From Gemmatimonadota bacterium (GTDB lineage Bacteria; Gemmatimonadota; Gemmatimonadetes; Gemmatimonadales; GWC2-71-9): a stretch of DNA of 64,000 nt. Shown piece by piece: positions 35,623 to 46,040 of this stretch. Below the pieces are notes generated by a model. The model made no database searches, was not told the DNA's origin, and was given only the letters and a program-made list of their open reading frames with translations. The position numbers were made by a program, and so were the translations under genes. Location of the stretch: assembly GCA_031382385.1 (NCBI GenBank), contig JANMYS010000026.1, forward strand, positions 3,954-67,953, read 5' to 3'. Position 1 is the first letter of the stretch. Each line of letters begins with the position of its first letter.

Positions 35623-36318
35623 CTACTGATCGATGACCCGCACTCCGCTCGGCACGGTGAACTTGAACTGATCCGACGAAATGCGGCGATTCACCTCAAC
35701 CGCGGAAAAGATCAGCGTCCGGCGGGTGCCGCCGCGCTCGCGAATCTCCAGTCGGCGGGGCAGCGCGTCATACTGATCCAGCCAGATGGTGGCCTCGGTG
35801 AACGGCAGCGACTTGTCGAGCGGGACCAGGGCAATGACATCAACACTCCGCCCCGCCACGGCGTCGGACCGGAGATAGCGGCTCTGATAGCGATCCGCCG
35901 GCCGGGTCAGGATCCAGGCGAGAACGTTGGGCCCGTAGGTCGGGTCGGTGGGCACTTTCATCCGGATGACCTGACCCGGTGTCGTGCTTGGTGTATAGAC
36001 CCAGAGATGCTCGCCGTCCATGACGATTGCGTCGTCCTTCGGATCGGAGAACCGCATGACGAGCTGGGCCGGTCCCGCCTGGGTGAGCGTCCCCTGGCTC
36101 TCGTAGGTCCCGATCATGGAGTCCGCGATCACCTGGCGGAAGCTGGCCCGGAACGACCTGAGCGCGGCGTAGGCCTTCGCGGCCTTGTCGACGATCATCC
36201 GTGGGTCGGGGTCCTGCGGGCCGGCCCGTCGGACGGTCGGACGGTCGGGTCGAAGCAGCATCGTGATCGTGAGCAGTGCTGCGAAGCTGCCCATGATGAC
36301 TCTCCCGTGGCGGCTCAC
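35623..36318 (-). CDS. LolA-like outer-membrane lipoprotein carrier family protein
   Basis: 231 aa with an N-terminal hydrophobic segment. [16 protein letters not shown]...[33 protein letters not shown] fits the LolA fold pattern. The GTG start overlaps the aroF stop (GTGA). Confidence 0.65.
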   Translation of the reverse strand: MSRHGRVIMGSFAALLTITMLLRPDRPTVRRAGPQDPDPRMIVDKAAKAYAALRSFRASFRQVIADSMIGTYESQGTLTQAGPAQLVMRFSDPKDDAIVMDGEHLWVYTPSTTPGQVIRMKVPTDPTYGPNVLAWILTRPADRYQSRYLRSDAVAGRSVDVIALVPLDKSLPFTEATIWLDQYDALPRRLEIRERGGTRRTLIFSAVEVNRRISSDQFKFTVPSGVRVIDQ

Positions 36319-37355
36319 TTCGCCACCCCGGACATCGTCCCGATCCGTCGGCCGATGACTTCCGCGATGCTTCGCGTCTCATGCATCAGCCGGGCAAACT
36401 GCTCGGGATAGAGACTCTGTGCGCCATCCGAGAGCGCCCGATCCGGGGTCGGATGGACCTCGACAAGCAGGCCGTCGGCGCCGGCGGCGACGGCGGCACG
36501 CGCCATCGGGATGACCATGTGGCGATGCCCGGTCCCATGGCTGGGGTCGGCGACGATCGGGAGATGCGACAGCGTCTTCACGACGGGAATCGCCGAGAGA
36601 TCGAAGAGGTTGCGCGTCGCGGAATCGAAGCTGCGCACGCCCCGTTCGCAGAGGATCACCTCCGGGTTCCCTTCCGCCAGGATATACTCCGCGGAGAGCA
36701 GCAGCTCCTGGATCGTTGCCGAGAGTCCGCGCTTCAGCAGTACGGGCCGGCGCAACCGGCCGACCTTCTTCAGCAGCGAGTAGTTCTGCATGTTGCGCGC
36801 GCCGATCTGAATGATATCCGCGACCTCGGCCACCTGGTCCGCTCCCTCCGGGTCCATCGCTTCCGTGACGATCAGCAGTCCGGTCTCGGCGCGGGCCATC
36901 GCCAGCAGCCGGAGCCCTTCGGTGCCGAGCCCCTGAAAGGAGTAGGGGGAGGAGCGTGGCTTGAAGGCGCCGGCGCGCAATACGGTTGCACCGGCATCCC
37001 GCACCGCATGCGCCGCCGCGAGAATCTGGGCTTCGCTCTCCACCGAGCAGGGCCCCGCCATGACGACGACCTCATCGCCCCCGATGGTGACGCCTCCGGC
37101 CAGCCGGATGACGGTCGGCTCCGGGCGCCACTCCCGCGACACCTGCTTGTACGGTTTGGAGACGTGGATGACTTCCTGCACGCCGTCCAGTGCTTCGAGC
37201 CGCGACCCATCCACCCGTCCATCGTTTCCGATGAGGCCAACGGTCGTGCGCTGTCTGCCAGGCATGGGGAGTGCCTGGTAGCCCATTTCGACGATGACAT
37301 CACAAACGCGCTGGACCTCGCTCTCGGCGGCGTCCTGGCGCATGACGATCAGCAT
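36315..37355 (-). CDS. aroF: 3-deoxy-7-phosphoheptulonate (DAHP) synthase, type I-beta, with an N-terminal ferredoxin-like regulatory domain
   Basis: Track ORF 36315..37577, trimmed to ATG 37355 ([17 protein letters not shown]). Motifs: [58 protein letters not shown]. Confidence 0.9.
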   Translation of the reverse strand: MLIVMRQDAAESEVQRVCDVIVEMGYQALPMPGRQRTTVGLIGNDGRVDGSRLEALDGVQEVIHVSKPYKQVSREWRPEPTVIRLAGGVTIGGDEVVVMAGPCSVESEAQILAAAHAVRDAGATVLRAGAFKPRSSPYSFQGLGTEGLRLLAMARAETGLLIVTEAMDPEGADQVAEVADIIQIGARNMQNYSLLKKVGRLRRPVLLKRGLSATIQELLLSAEYILAEGNPEVILCERGVRSFDSATRNLFDLSAIPVVKTLSHLPIVADPSHGTGHRHMVIPMARAAVAAGADGLLVEVHPTPDRALSDGAQSLYPEQFARLMHETRSIAEVIGRRIGTMSGVAK

Positions 37356-37380
37356 GAGGCGACTCCGGGGAGGCGACGGA

Positions 37381-40300
37381 TCACACGCGCTCCATCTCGC
37401 CCAGCCGCACGCCCACAATGGATGAGACGCCCGGCTCCTGCATGGTGACGCCGTAGACCGCCTCCGCGGACTGCATGGTGCGCGGATTGTGGGTGATGAC
37501 GACGAACTGGGTCGAGTGCTTGAACTCCTCCAGCAACCGGATGAACCGGCCGACGTTCGCATCGTCCAGCGGTGCATCGACCTCGTCCATCAGGCAGAAC
37601 GGACTCGGCTTGGTGAGGTAGATGCTGAACAGCAGCGACACCGCGACCAGGTACCGTTCCCCGGTCGAGAGCAGGTGGATGCGCTGCACCTTCTTGCCGC
37701 GGGGAGCGGCATGGATGTCGATTTCGCAGTCGAGCGGATCGTCCGGGTTGGCCAGGCGGAGGTCGCATTCGCCACCGCCGAACAGCGTCTGGAAGACATT
37801 CTGGAAGTTGGCCTGAATCGCGGTGAACACCTCCATGAACATCGTGCGGGCTGTGCCATCGATTTCCCGGATGGCCTGCTGCAGCGAGCCCCGCGCGGCG
37901 ACAAGATCGTCCCTCTGGGCCGTCAGAAACTCGAGCCGCTTGCTCTCCTCCGCGTACTCCTCGACGGCGAGCGCATTGACCGGGCCGATGCTTTCGAGTC
38001 CCTCCGTGATCCGCTGGGCCTCCGCTTCGAGGGTGGGAAGGTCGAGGTCGAGGATGGGTGCTTCGGCCAGCAGAGTATCGACCGGTTTGCGCCACTCGTT
38101 CTCCACTCGCTCCACGATGGCGCGGCGGCGGCCAGCGGCCTCGGTCATCTCGAGCTCCAGCCGGTGATATTCGGCGGTGAGCCGCTCGACCCGTTCCCGC
38201 GCCTCATGCAGCGCCAGTTCCGCGCTCACCAGTGCCGCTCCGGTGTCCACGGCGGTCTGATCGGCTTCGGCCGCGGCAGCCTCCAACTCCTGCACTGCCA
38301 CATGGCGCTCGGAGCGGGCCTCGATCCACTGCGCCTGCTGGGCGGCAAGGGCGGAGGTGTCGGTCTCGATCTGGGTCAGCTCGCCCATCAGGGTGCTGGA
38401 GGCCAGATCGGCCTCGGTGCCCAGACGCGAGGCGCGGGTGTGGGCCGACTGCGCCGCTTCCAGCCGGGCCTGGAGCTGGGCCTCCTGCACCTGCCAGTGG
38501 ACTCGGGCATCGCGGGCAGCTTCCTGCTGTGTCTCGAAGTCTGCCAGCAGCACGCGACCCTGGCCCAGGGACTCATCGAGTCGCGCGCGGGCCAGATCAC
38601 CCTCGGTGAGGCTGGCATCGATCTCCTGTAGCCGTCGTTCCGATCGCTCCACGCGCTCCGTGAGTGACGTCACCTGCGACTGGGCTTCGCCGAGTTCACG
38701 GGTCACGGCATTCGCCACCCGGATGGCATCCTCGCGCGACGACACCGCGATACGCTCCGTCTCCCGCGCCTGATCGGAGGCGTGTGTTGCGGCTTCCAGC
38801 GCCCGCTCGGTTTCGGCCAGCTTCGCGATGGTGGCACCGAGCGCCAGGTCGGTGCGATGCAGCGCGGCCTGCGCTTCCGCGACGTCGGAGGAGAGACTCT
38901 CCAGCTCGGCCCGGCGACGCAACGGACCGGAGGGACTCGGCGCCCCGGCCAGGAGGATGGCGCCATTGGGTCGGCGCAACGCGCGGCCGCTCGGCTCGAG
39001 TACTTCCGAGCCGCCGAGCAGCGACTGGACCCAGCCGGCGGCAGGGCCCTGCGCATAGAGCCGATCGCCCAGCGGGCTCGCGTTGCCGACAAATGCGGCC
39101 ATCGCCGTGGCGGGAAGGAGGGCGATCGCCCCGGGATGCTCGGCTGCATGCCACGCCTGGATGGCAGGGATGACGTGCTCGTCGCGCACGAGGACCGCAT
39201 GCACCCATTCACCCAGCAGGCGTTCCGCGAGCTCGGCATCGTCGCGGCCGGTGCGGAGGAAGTCGCTCAGGGGCCCGAGGATCGCATCGCCGAACCGTTC
39301 ACGGGCGGAGAGCAGAGCGGCGGCTCCGGGCGCGAGCCCGACCCGGTCCCGCTCGAGTTCCTCCAGCGCCTGGCGCCGGGCGGAGAGCTGCGATAGCGCT
39401 TCCTCCGCGGTCCGGCGATCGGCGCGCTCCAGCGCCTCACGCCGGCGCAGCTCGCCGACGAGATGCCGGGTGCGCTCCGTCTCGGCGGCGAGGCGCTTCG
39501 CTTCCAGCACATGGCGCTCCGCGATGTCGATGGTTTCGGCCCGGCGCCGGTCGGCAACTTCCTGTTCCGCCTGGGCCGCCTCGCGGCGGGCGCTGGCGAC
39601 GGCGGCCTGTTCCCGAAGCGAGGCGAGGTCGTTCTCCAGCGAATGGCGCTCTCCGGCGAGCGAACGCAGCGTCTGGATCCGGCGCTGGATCTCCTCCTCC
39701 AGCTGGCGGACCGTCTGACGCTGTTCCCCGAGCCTGAGGCGCACCTCCTGCTCGGCGGCGCTACGGGCGGAGAGCTCACCCTGCACCCGCTCGCGTTCCG
39801 CCTGCGCCGCGGTCAGCTCGAGCTCGGCCGCATCACGATCCCGCTGGGCCTGCTGGCGCCGGGAGTCCATCACGCCCCGCTCGTCGGAGGCGCGCAGCTT
39901 CCGCGCGGCGGCATTCGCCAGTCGCTCGGCGGCGAGGGCGAGGTCCCCATCCAGCTTGCCGAGCTCGAGTCGCACATTGCCCAGACCGCGCGCGATCTCG
40001 GTCCGCTGTGCCTCCGCGCCGGCCCGGGCCCGGGCGCACTCGTCGCGCCGTTCCTCAAGCTGGCCGAGCCCACTGCGCGCGTCGGGGAGCGTCTGGCCCA
40101 GCTCCCCATGGCGCTGCTCGGAGGTGGCCAGCTGCTCCGTCAGGTCGGAGAGCAGCCGGCGCGCGAGCGTGAGATGCACCGAGAACTTCTCCTCCGTCAG
40201 CCGGGCATGACGCTCGGCCTTGCCCTTCTGCCGCGCGAGGCTGCGGATCTGGCTCTGCACCTCGGCGATGAGATCCTCGACCCGCTGCAGGTCGCCCGCC

Positions 40301-40851
40301 GTTTCCTCCAGCCGCCGCTCGGTCGTCTGGCGCCGGTCGCGATAGAGTCCGATCCCCGCGGCTTCCTCGAACAGCGAGCGGCGCTCCTCCGCCCGGTCGG
40401 AGAGCAGCCACTCGATCATCTTCGACTCGATGACCACGCCGGCATCACCCCCGAGCCCGGTCCCGCGCAGCAGGTCCTGGATGTCGCGCAACCGGACCAC
40501 GCTGCCGTTCAGCAGGTAGTCCGACTGCCCGCTGCGGGAGAGCCGGCGGGTGATCTGCACTTCCTGATAGGCGATCGGGAGGTCGCCATCGGTATTGTCG
40601 AGGAAGAGCGATACCTCGGTGACGTTCACCGGCCGGCGACCCGACGAGCCCTGGAAGATGACGTCCTCCATCTTGCCGCCGCGGAGCATCCGGGCGGACT
40701 GCTCGCCGAGCACCCAGCGGACCGCATCCGAGACATTCGACTTGCCGCAGCCGTTGGGGCCCACCACGGCGGTGACTCCGTCATGGAACGTGAGGGTGAC
40801 GGTGTCGGCAAACGACTTGAATCCGGAGAGCTCGAGCTTCGAGAGCTTCAT
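37381..40851 (-). CDS. smc: Chromosome segregation protein SMC
   Basis: 1156 aa. Walker [14 protein letters not shown], long coiled coils, a hinge, and C-terminal [17 protein letters not shown] and [12 protein letters not shown]. Confidence 0.95.
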   Translation of the reverse strand: MKLSKLELSGFKSFADTVTLTFHDGVTAVVGPNGCGKSNVSDAVRWVLGEQSARMLRGGKMEDVIFQGSSGRRPVNVTEVSLFLDNTDGDLPIAYQEVQITRRLSRSGQSDYLLNGSVVRLRDIQDLLRGTGLGGDAGVVIESKMIEWLLSDRAEERRSLFEEAAGIGLYRDRRQTTERRLEETAGDLQRVEDLIAEVQSQIRSLARQKGKAERHARLTEEKFSVHLTLARRLLSDLTEQLATSEQRHGELGQTLPDARSGLGQLEERRDECARARAGAEAQRTEIARGLGNVRLELGKLDGDLALAAERLANAAARKLRASDERGVMDSRRQQAQRDRDAAELELTAAQAERERVQGELSARSAAEQEVRLRLGEQRQTVRQLEEEIQRRIQTLRSLAGERHSLENDLASLREQAAVASARREAAQAEQEVADRRRAETIDIAERHVLEAKRLAAETERTRHLVGELRRREALERADRRTAEEALSQLSARRQALEELERDRVGLAPGAAALLSARERFGDAILGPLSDFLRTGRDDAELAERLLGEWVHAVLVRDEHVIPAIQAWHAAEHPGAIALLPATAMAAFVGNASPLGDRLYAQGPAAGWVQSLLGGSEVLEPSGRALRRPNGAILLAGAPSPSGPLRRRAELESLSSDVAEAQAALHRTDLALGATIAKLAETERALEAATHASDQARETERIAVSSREDAIRVANAVTRELGEAQSQVTSLTERVERSERRLQEIDASLTEGDLARARLDESLGQGRVLLADFETQQEAARDARVHWQVQEAQLQARLEAAQSAHTRASRLGTEADLASSTLMGELTQIETDTSALAAQQAQWIEARSERHVAVQELEAAAAEADQTAVDTGAALVSAELALHEARERVERLTAEYHRLELEMTEAAGRRRAIVERVENEWRKPVDTLLAEAPILDLDLPTLEAEAQRITEGLESIGPVNALAVEEYAEESKRLEFLTAQRDDLVAARGSLQQAIREIDGTARTMFMEVFTAIQANFQNVFQTLFGGGECDLRLANPDDPLDCEIDIHAAPRGKKVQRIHLLSTGERYLVAVSLLFSIYLTKPSPFCLMDEVDAPLDDANVGRFIRLLEEFKHSTQFVVITHNPRTMQSAEAVYGVTMQEPGVSSIVGVRLGEMERV

Positions 40852-40866
40852 GCAGCGCGTCCTGGT

Positions 40867-42258
40867 TTAGCGGTCAGGTTGATAGATGAAAAACGGGCGA
40901 CCCAGCCGGCGTCCGGTCGATTCCGCGACTTCGCGTGTGGGGTAGGGGCCAAGCACGACACGGAAGCCTTCTTCTCCGGGGCTGGGGTCAAGCACCGTCG
41001 CAGGGAGCCCCTGTTCGCCCAACTGACGCGCCAACTCGGCGGACCAGTCACGGTTTTGCGAACTTGACACCTGCAGGTATACCCTGGCCGGCGCCGCTGC
41101 CGGAACACCGCCGTCGTCAGCGATCACGGTGCTGGCGGTGTCGCTCGGTGCCGTTCCCGCCGTACCGGTTTCGGGGGTCCAGGCGAGCGGCAACCAATAG
41201 TCGGCGGCGCCGCCTTTGATCCGCCCGCTCTCCGGACGATCCGGCACGGTCAGGTCAAAGGCGACGACGTCGCCACGACTCTTGACCAGCAGGACCTGCT
41301 GATTGGTGATGACCGGGAGATCGGCGGCCCACTCGCTAGCGACACCACCGACATACTCGTTGGTCGACAGGTCCACCAGCCAGGCCGAGTCGGCCGCGGG
41401 CGGGTGCACCAGCAGCCAGCGACCGTACGGATCCACCCGCAGCGCGCCGGCGGTGCCGGGCAACGCAATCTCGGCGACCCTGCTGCGGGTGAATCGGTTG
41501 AACACCAGCACGCCGCCTTCGCGACGCGCCACGTAGAAGCGGTGTCCCGATGGTGAAAAGAGCACCGCTCGTGCGTGGCCATCAACTCGAATGACCACCG
41601 GATCCTCGGGCAGCGCCGGGTTCACCAGCAGGACGGCACTATCGGCCGCGATCGCGAGCAGGTCACCCCAGAAGGTGGCCGCAGCATCGCCGGCCGGGAG
41701 CAGCGCCCGGGTCGGTGGCTGATCGGGGCGGAGCAGGGTCAGCGCGTTCGTGGCGCCGCTGGCGATGGCGAGGAGACTCGTGGTGCGGGTGCCAAAGAGG
41801 TCGCGCGGTCGGGCGGTCAGGCGATTGCTGAAGCGCACCGGGTTGCGCCGCACGAACTGCACGACGCGGAGGCTGTCGTCCACAGTATAGAGGGTGCCGT
41901 CCGGCCCCATCGCGATTTCGCGGGCGTTGCTGATCAGCTGGGAGCGCGGCCGGGCGGTTTTCAGGTCCAGTGCAACGACGTCGTTCTTCGCGCCGAGGGC
42001 GTAGATGAGGCCCTGGTCGAGGTCGGCGCCCACGGGACGGCTGAGCGCCGGGAGGTCGCCCACCGATTGCCAGCCCCACGGCTCGAGCCGCGGGACGTGG
42101 TACAGCCGCGCGATCCCGCCGGCAGCGGGAAGCCGCAGCAGACTCGAGGGCGGCGTGGTCGAGGCCACCGACAGACCGCGGACGTGAGAGCTGGAATCGG
42201 ACTGGCACGCGCCGGCCAGGAGGAGCACCAGGGCGGCCCGGAGGGGGCGGGTTGTCAC
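40867..42258 (-). CDS. SPOR domain-containing lipoprotein with an N-terminal beta-propeller-like region
   Basis: 463 aa with lipobox LLLAGAC. The C-terminus ARVYLQVSSSQNRDWSAELARQLGEQGLPATV...FRVVLGPYPTREVAE fits SPOR. Confidence 0.7.
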   Translation of the reverse strand: MTTRPLRAALVLLLAGACQSDSSSHVRGLSVASTTPPSSLLRLPAAGGIARLYHVPRLEPWGWQSVGDLPALSRPVGADLDQGLIYALGAKNDVVALDLKTARPRSQLISNAREIAMGPDGTLYTVDDSLRVVQFVRRNPVRFSNRLTARPRDLFGTRTTSLLAIASGATNALTLLRPDQPPTRALLPAGDAAATFWGDLLAIAADSAVLLVNPALPEDPVVIRVDGHARAVLFSPSGHRFYVARREGGVLVFNRFTRSRVAEIALPGTAGALRVDPYGRWLLVHPPAADSAWLVDLSTNEYVGGVASEWAADLPVITNQQVLLVKSRGDVVAFDLTVPDRPESGRIKGGAADYWLPLAWTPETGTAGTAPSDTASTVIADDGGVPAAAPARVYLQVSSSQNRDWSAELARQLGEQGLPATVLDPSPGEEGFRVVLGPYPTREVAESTGRRLGRPFFIYQPDR

Positions 42259-42311
42259 GGGGGCAAAATAGTCGCCCCGGGGCGGGCGGGCGAGGCGCCC
42301 CCCGGGGCCGG

Positions 42312-45300
42312 CTAGAAGACCGGCCCGAGGCTCAGCGTCCAGTACCCCTTGATGGCTCGGCGCTCCTGTGGAATCGAATAGTCGAGCCGCAGGACCACGA
42401 AGTTGAAGAGGTTCATGCGCGCCGAGGCGCCGATCGTCTGGGCCGGTGTGCGGACCCGGATCGGATCGTCGCCGACGGCCCGATTGAACTTGAGCTTGTC
42501 ACCCTCGTTCCAGGCCATCCCGACGTCGTAGAACAGCGCGCCTTCGATCGGCGGAAATCCGTTGGGGATGAACCCGAACGAACTGTTCAGCAGCGGAAAG
42601 CGGATTTCGGCGCTCGCCACGGCGAGCTGGGTGCCGACGAGCCGGTCCAGTTCGATGCAGCCGGTGTAGGTGCCCGGGTCGGTGGTGCGGCATTCGTTGC
42701 GGTAGTAGCTCCCCGAGGTATTGCCCCGGAGCAGCTCGGTGCTGCCAAGGTAGACCCGGAATCGATCGGCGTCGCGGCCGATCCTTCCAAAGTAAAGGGC
42801 CCGGGTTGCCAGAGTGAACGGGCCCACGATGTGGTCGTAGCGGCGGTAGTCGGCCAGTCCCTCGAAAAAGCGCCAGCCGCCGATCGATTGCGCGACCGAG
42901 AAGCGATACCGCCGGCCATAGAAGGGCCCCACGTAGCCGGGCAGCGAGTTGTCGAAGGCATAGGCGAGCGAGGGCTGGACATAGCTCGCGCCGTTCAGGC
43001 TGACCTCACGGGAGACGGCGTCGGCGGTGGCCTGGCCGCTGTTGGGATCGTAGCGCTCGAGGATCTGCTGCCGCTTGTCGCTTACCGCGGCGGCGCTGGC
43101 GCCGAACTCGATCCGGGCGAAGCGACTCAACGGGTAATAGGCCTGCGTGGCGACCGAGCGCACCACGATGCGCCGCAGGTTGGTGACGAAGATGCGGTCA
43201 TCCGAGGTCGGCAGGAACGAGTCGCTGATGATCTGGCTCGCCTCCAGGAAGTAGTAGGGCTCCTGGCCCACGCCCACCGCCCAATTGATCCGATGTGCCA
43301 TGTTCACGTACGTGGCGTTGACCGCCGCTTCGGTGATACGCCCGTTCACGTACGCCGAGAACAACAGGTTGTGATCGCCCAGCATGTCGGAAAGGGCGAT
43401 CGCACTGCCGCCGTAGAAGCCCCGGCCGAAGCTGTCGCGGGTATAGCCCACGGAGGGGCGAGCGACATAGTCGGGCCGGTAGCGAACCCGATACTTCTTG
43501 ATGGTGAACTCGGCGGTATCCGGCAGCGGAATGTCCACCTCATGCATCAGCTCCGTAATCGTCGCCGGCCGCGGGGCGGAGTCGGGCAGGGCGGGTGCGG
43601 AATCACTCTGCCGGAAGGTGTTGCCGCTGACATAGAGTGAGCCGGTGGACTCGAGCGGGTCACCGACCGCGGCGACGGTGTCCTTCGGGGTGGTCCGGCG
43701 CGCGGTGTCCGCCCGGGTGATCGGGGTATACCCAGTGACGACGCCATTGGAATCCGGCGGGTTGAGCACGCCGATCGGGGCCATGGCGGAGTCGCGCCGG
43801 GGAGGGATGGGGGTGTAGCCAGTGACGACGCCGTTGGAGTCCGGCGGGTTGAGTACGCCGATCGGGCCCATCGCGGAGTCGCGCCGGGCCAGCAGCGGGG
43901 CCGCCCACGGCTCCTGTTTCAGGCTCCGCGGATCGTCGATGCCATAGACATCGTAGCGGCCGCGCGAGTAGTAGCCGAAGGCGAGGCGATCGGCGTTCCT
44001 GGCCCACGACAGCACGGGGGAGAGCGGCGTGATCCCCTGCGCCCCGGTGTAGAGGTCGGTGATCGGGTAGGTCTTCTGGTCGCCCAGTTCATACAGATAG
44101 ATGTCGCTCACACCATTGCGGTCGGAGACGAAGGCGATGGCCTGGCCGTCGGGCGACCACTGGGGGCTGCGGTTGGTGCCCAGGCCCATGTCCGCCAGCC
44201 CCTCGATGCGACCGGTCGCGACGTCGTACAGCGCGATGCGGGTATTGCCGATGCGGAGCGTGGCAAAGTCGGTTTCCGGCCCGCGGTCGGTGGCAAAGGC
44301 GATGGTCTTGCCATCCGGTGACCAGACCGGGTTCAAATCGGCGTACTTGTCGTTGGTGAGTCGGATGAGTCCGCCACCGCTGACATTGACGATGAAGAGA
44401 TCGGAGAGCCCGCCATCGTAGCCGGCGAAGACCAACTGGCGCCCGTCGGGGCTCCAGGCGGGGGTGGTGACGCCATTCAGCTTCACCTTGATCCGGCGGT
44501 ACTCCCGGTTCTTCGCCACGTCGATGATGACGATCTCGTCCCGCGCCCCGCGCTTGGCGGCGATGGCGATGTACTTCCCGTCCGGCGACCAGCTCGCGGC
44601 GGAATTGATGAAACGATACGTCTCGTAGTTGCTGCTGTAGGACGACTTGAGCAGCCGCTTCTTCACCTTGCCGGTATTGGCATCGGCCAGGTAGAGATCG
44701 ACGAAGTAGAAGTCCTTCTCGCTGAAGTAGGCGACCTCGGAGCCGTCGGGCGACAGCGCAGGGGCCAGGTGCAGGGTCCCCTCGGAGCGGGCCTCGTTGA
44801 GCATCTCCCGGGCGACATCCCGCGCCTTCTGCCGGGTGCCGACTTCGGGCAGGTAGCGCTTCTGCACCGCCTCCTTCCACAGCTCGGAGAGCTCGCGGTA
44901 GTTCACGCCCAGCACCCGGCGGATGGAGCCCTCCAGCCCGCCTCCGCCCGCGAGGGTGCCCTGCATGATGGCCCCGATCGCCTCATCGCCCCAGCGCTCG
45001 CCGATAAAGGCGAGGAGCGCCTGGCCGAACCGGTAGGGGAAGATCTGCGGATCGGTCTCCAGCTGGTTGATCGAGGGGATCTTGCCCTCGAAGGATGCGT
45101 CGCGCAGCCACATCGCCGTATTCGGATCCACGCCGCCGATCGAGAAATACTCCGCCATGCCCTCCACGAACCAGAGTGGCGGATTCACGTTGATGATCGT
45201 CTGCAGCCCCGCCCCGGCGCGTCCGCGGCTCCAGATGTCATACTGGAACTGGTGCACCATCTCGTGCTGCAGCACATGCTCCAGCTCCTGGTAGGAGCCA

Positions 45301-45674
45301 GTGAACGGCAGAATGATCCGCTGCTTGAAGAAGTCGGTGACGCCGCCCGTGCCCTCGCCCGGTGCTTCCCCGCCGAGCGCATTGGTCTGCTGGAAGTCGG
45401 AGTGGGAGGCGTACAGGATGATCGGCTTCCGCTCCTTGTATTCGTGGCGGAGCAGGCGCGACAGGCGCTGATACGACCGTTCGGCCATCCGCCCGGCGTC
45501 CAGCGCCGCGGCGCGGGCCTCGGGATAGAAATGGATGTCGAAGTGTTCGGTCCGCAGGACCTGGAAATCGAAGGCGCGGTACTGGACCTTGTTCTGGCCG
45601 AAGTAGTACTGCGCGGACAGGGCAGCGGGCGCACCGGCGACGAGGCACAGCGCGAGCAGAGAGCGGCGAATCAT
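42312..45674 (-). CDS. Large outer-membrane fusion protein: peptidase-MA (HExxH) domain + PD40/TolB-like beta-propeller + Omp85/BamA-like C-terminal barrel
   Basis: 1120 aa with signal peptide LLALCLVAGAPAALSA. Gluzincin motif HEMVHQF...EGMAEY. Five (W)SPDG PD40 repeats. The C-terminal ...GALFYDVGMAW...RLDYSIPQ...YWTLSLGPVF ends in Phe, as in outer-membrane barrels. Confidence 0.75.
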   Translation of the reverse strand: MIRRSLLALCLVAGAPAALSAQYYFGQNKVQYRAFDFQVLRTEHFDIHFYPEARAAALDAGRMAERSYQRLSRLLRHEYKERKPIILYASHSDFQQTNALGGEAPGEGTGGVTDFFKQRIILPFTGSYQELEHVLQHEMVHQFQYDIWSRGRAGAGLQTIINVNPPLWFVEGMAEYFSIGGVDPNTAMWLRDASFEGKIPSINQLETDPQIFPYRFGQALLAFIGERWGDEAIGAIMQGTLAGGGGLEGSIRRVLGVNYRELSELWKEAVQKRYLPEVGTRQKARDVAREMLNEARSEGTLHLAPALSPDGSEVAYFSEKDFYFVDLYLADANTGKVKKRLLKSSYSSNYETYRFINSAASWSPDGKYIAIAAKRGARDEIVIIDVAKNREYRRIKVKLNGVTTPAWSPDGRQLVFAGYDGGLSDLFIVNVSGGGLIRLTNDKYADLNPVWSPDGKTIAFATDRGPETDFATLRIGNTRIALYDVATGRIEGLADMGLGTNRSPQWSPDGQAIAFVSDRNGVSDIYLYELGDQKTYPITDLYTGAQGITPLSPVLSWARNADRLAFGYYSRGRYDVYGIDDPRSLKQEPWAAPLLARRDSAMGPIGVLNPPDSNGVVTGYTPIPPRRDSAMAPIGVLNPPDSNGVVTGYTPITRADTARRTTPKDTVAAVGDPLESTGSLYVSGNTFRQSDSAPALPDSAPRPATITELMHEVDIPLPDTAEFTIKKYRVRYRPDYVARPSVGYTRDSFGRGFYGGSAIALSDMLGDHNLLFSAYVNGRITEAAVNATYVNMAHRINWAVGVGQEPYYFLEASQIISDSFLPTSDDRIFVTNLRRIVVRSVATQAYYPLSRFARIEFGASAAAVSDKRQQILERYDPNSGQATADAVSREVSLNGASYVQPSLAYAFDNSLPGYVGPFYGRRYRFSVAQSIGGWRFFEGLADYRRYDHIVGPFTLATRALYFGRIGRDADRFRVYLGSTELLRGNTSGSYYRNECRTTDPGTYTGCIELDRLVGTQLAVASAEIRFPLLNSSFGFIPNGFPPIEGALFYDVGMAWNEGDKLKFNRAVGDDPIRVRTPAQTIGASARMNLFNFVVLRLDYSIPQERRAIKGYWTLSLGPVF
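43714..43887. repeat. In-frame tandem duplication (2 x 87 bp) inside the large OMP gene
   Basis: It encodes RRDSAMGPIGVLNPPDSNGVVTGYTPIPP / RRDSAMAPIGVLNPPDSNGVVTGYTPITR. The two DNA copies differ at about a dozen mostly third-codon positions. Confidence 0.9.
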
Positions 45675-45689
45675 CAGGACACCTGCCAG

Positions 45690-46040
45690 TCAGGCACCGG
45701 GACGGTAGTCCGGCGCATCGCTCCAGAGACGCTCGAGCTGGTAGAACCCGCGCGTCTCCGGATGAAAGAGGTGGACGACGAAGTCCACGAAATCGAGCAG
45801 CACCCACCGGCCACTGGGCAGGCCCTCCACATGGTGGGCCCGCACGCCCCGGCCCTGCAGTTTCTCCAGCACCGACTCGGCGATCCCGCGCACATGGGCG
45901 TCCGACGTCCCGGATGCCACAATGAAGTAGTCCGTCGCATCGGTCAGCCCGCGCAGGTCGAGGATACGGATGTCGCGGCCGCTCAGATCCTCGATTGCCT
46001 GGACGGCGGCGGCGACTTCCAGCGAGTTGAGCACTGTCAC
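45690..46040 (-). CDS. rsfS: Ribosome silencing factor RsfS
   Basis: 116 aa. DIRILDLRGLTDATDYFIVASGTSDAHVRGIA...WVLLDFVDFVVHLFHPETRGFYQLERLW. Confidence 0.9.
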   Translation of the reverse strand: MTVLNSLEVAAAVQAIEDLSGRDIRILDLRGLTDATDYFIVASGTSDAHVRGIAESVLEKLQGRGVRAHHVEGLPSGRWVLLDFVDFVVHLFHPETRGFYQLERLWSDAPDYRPGA

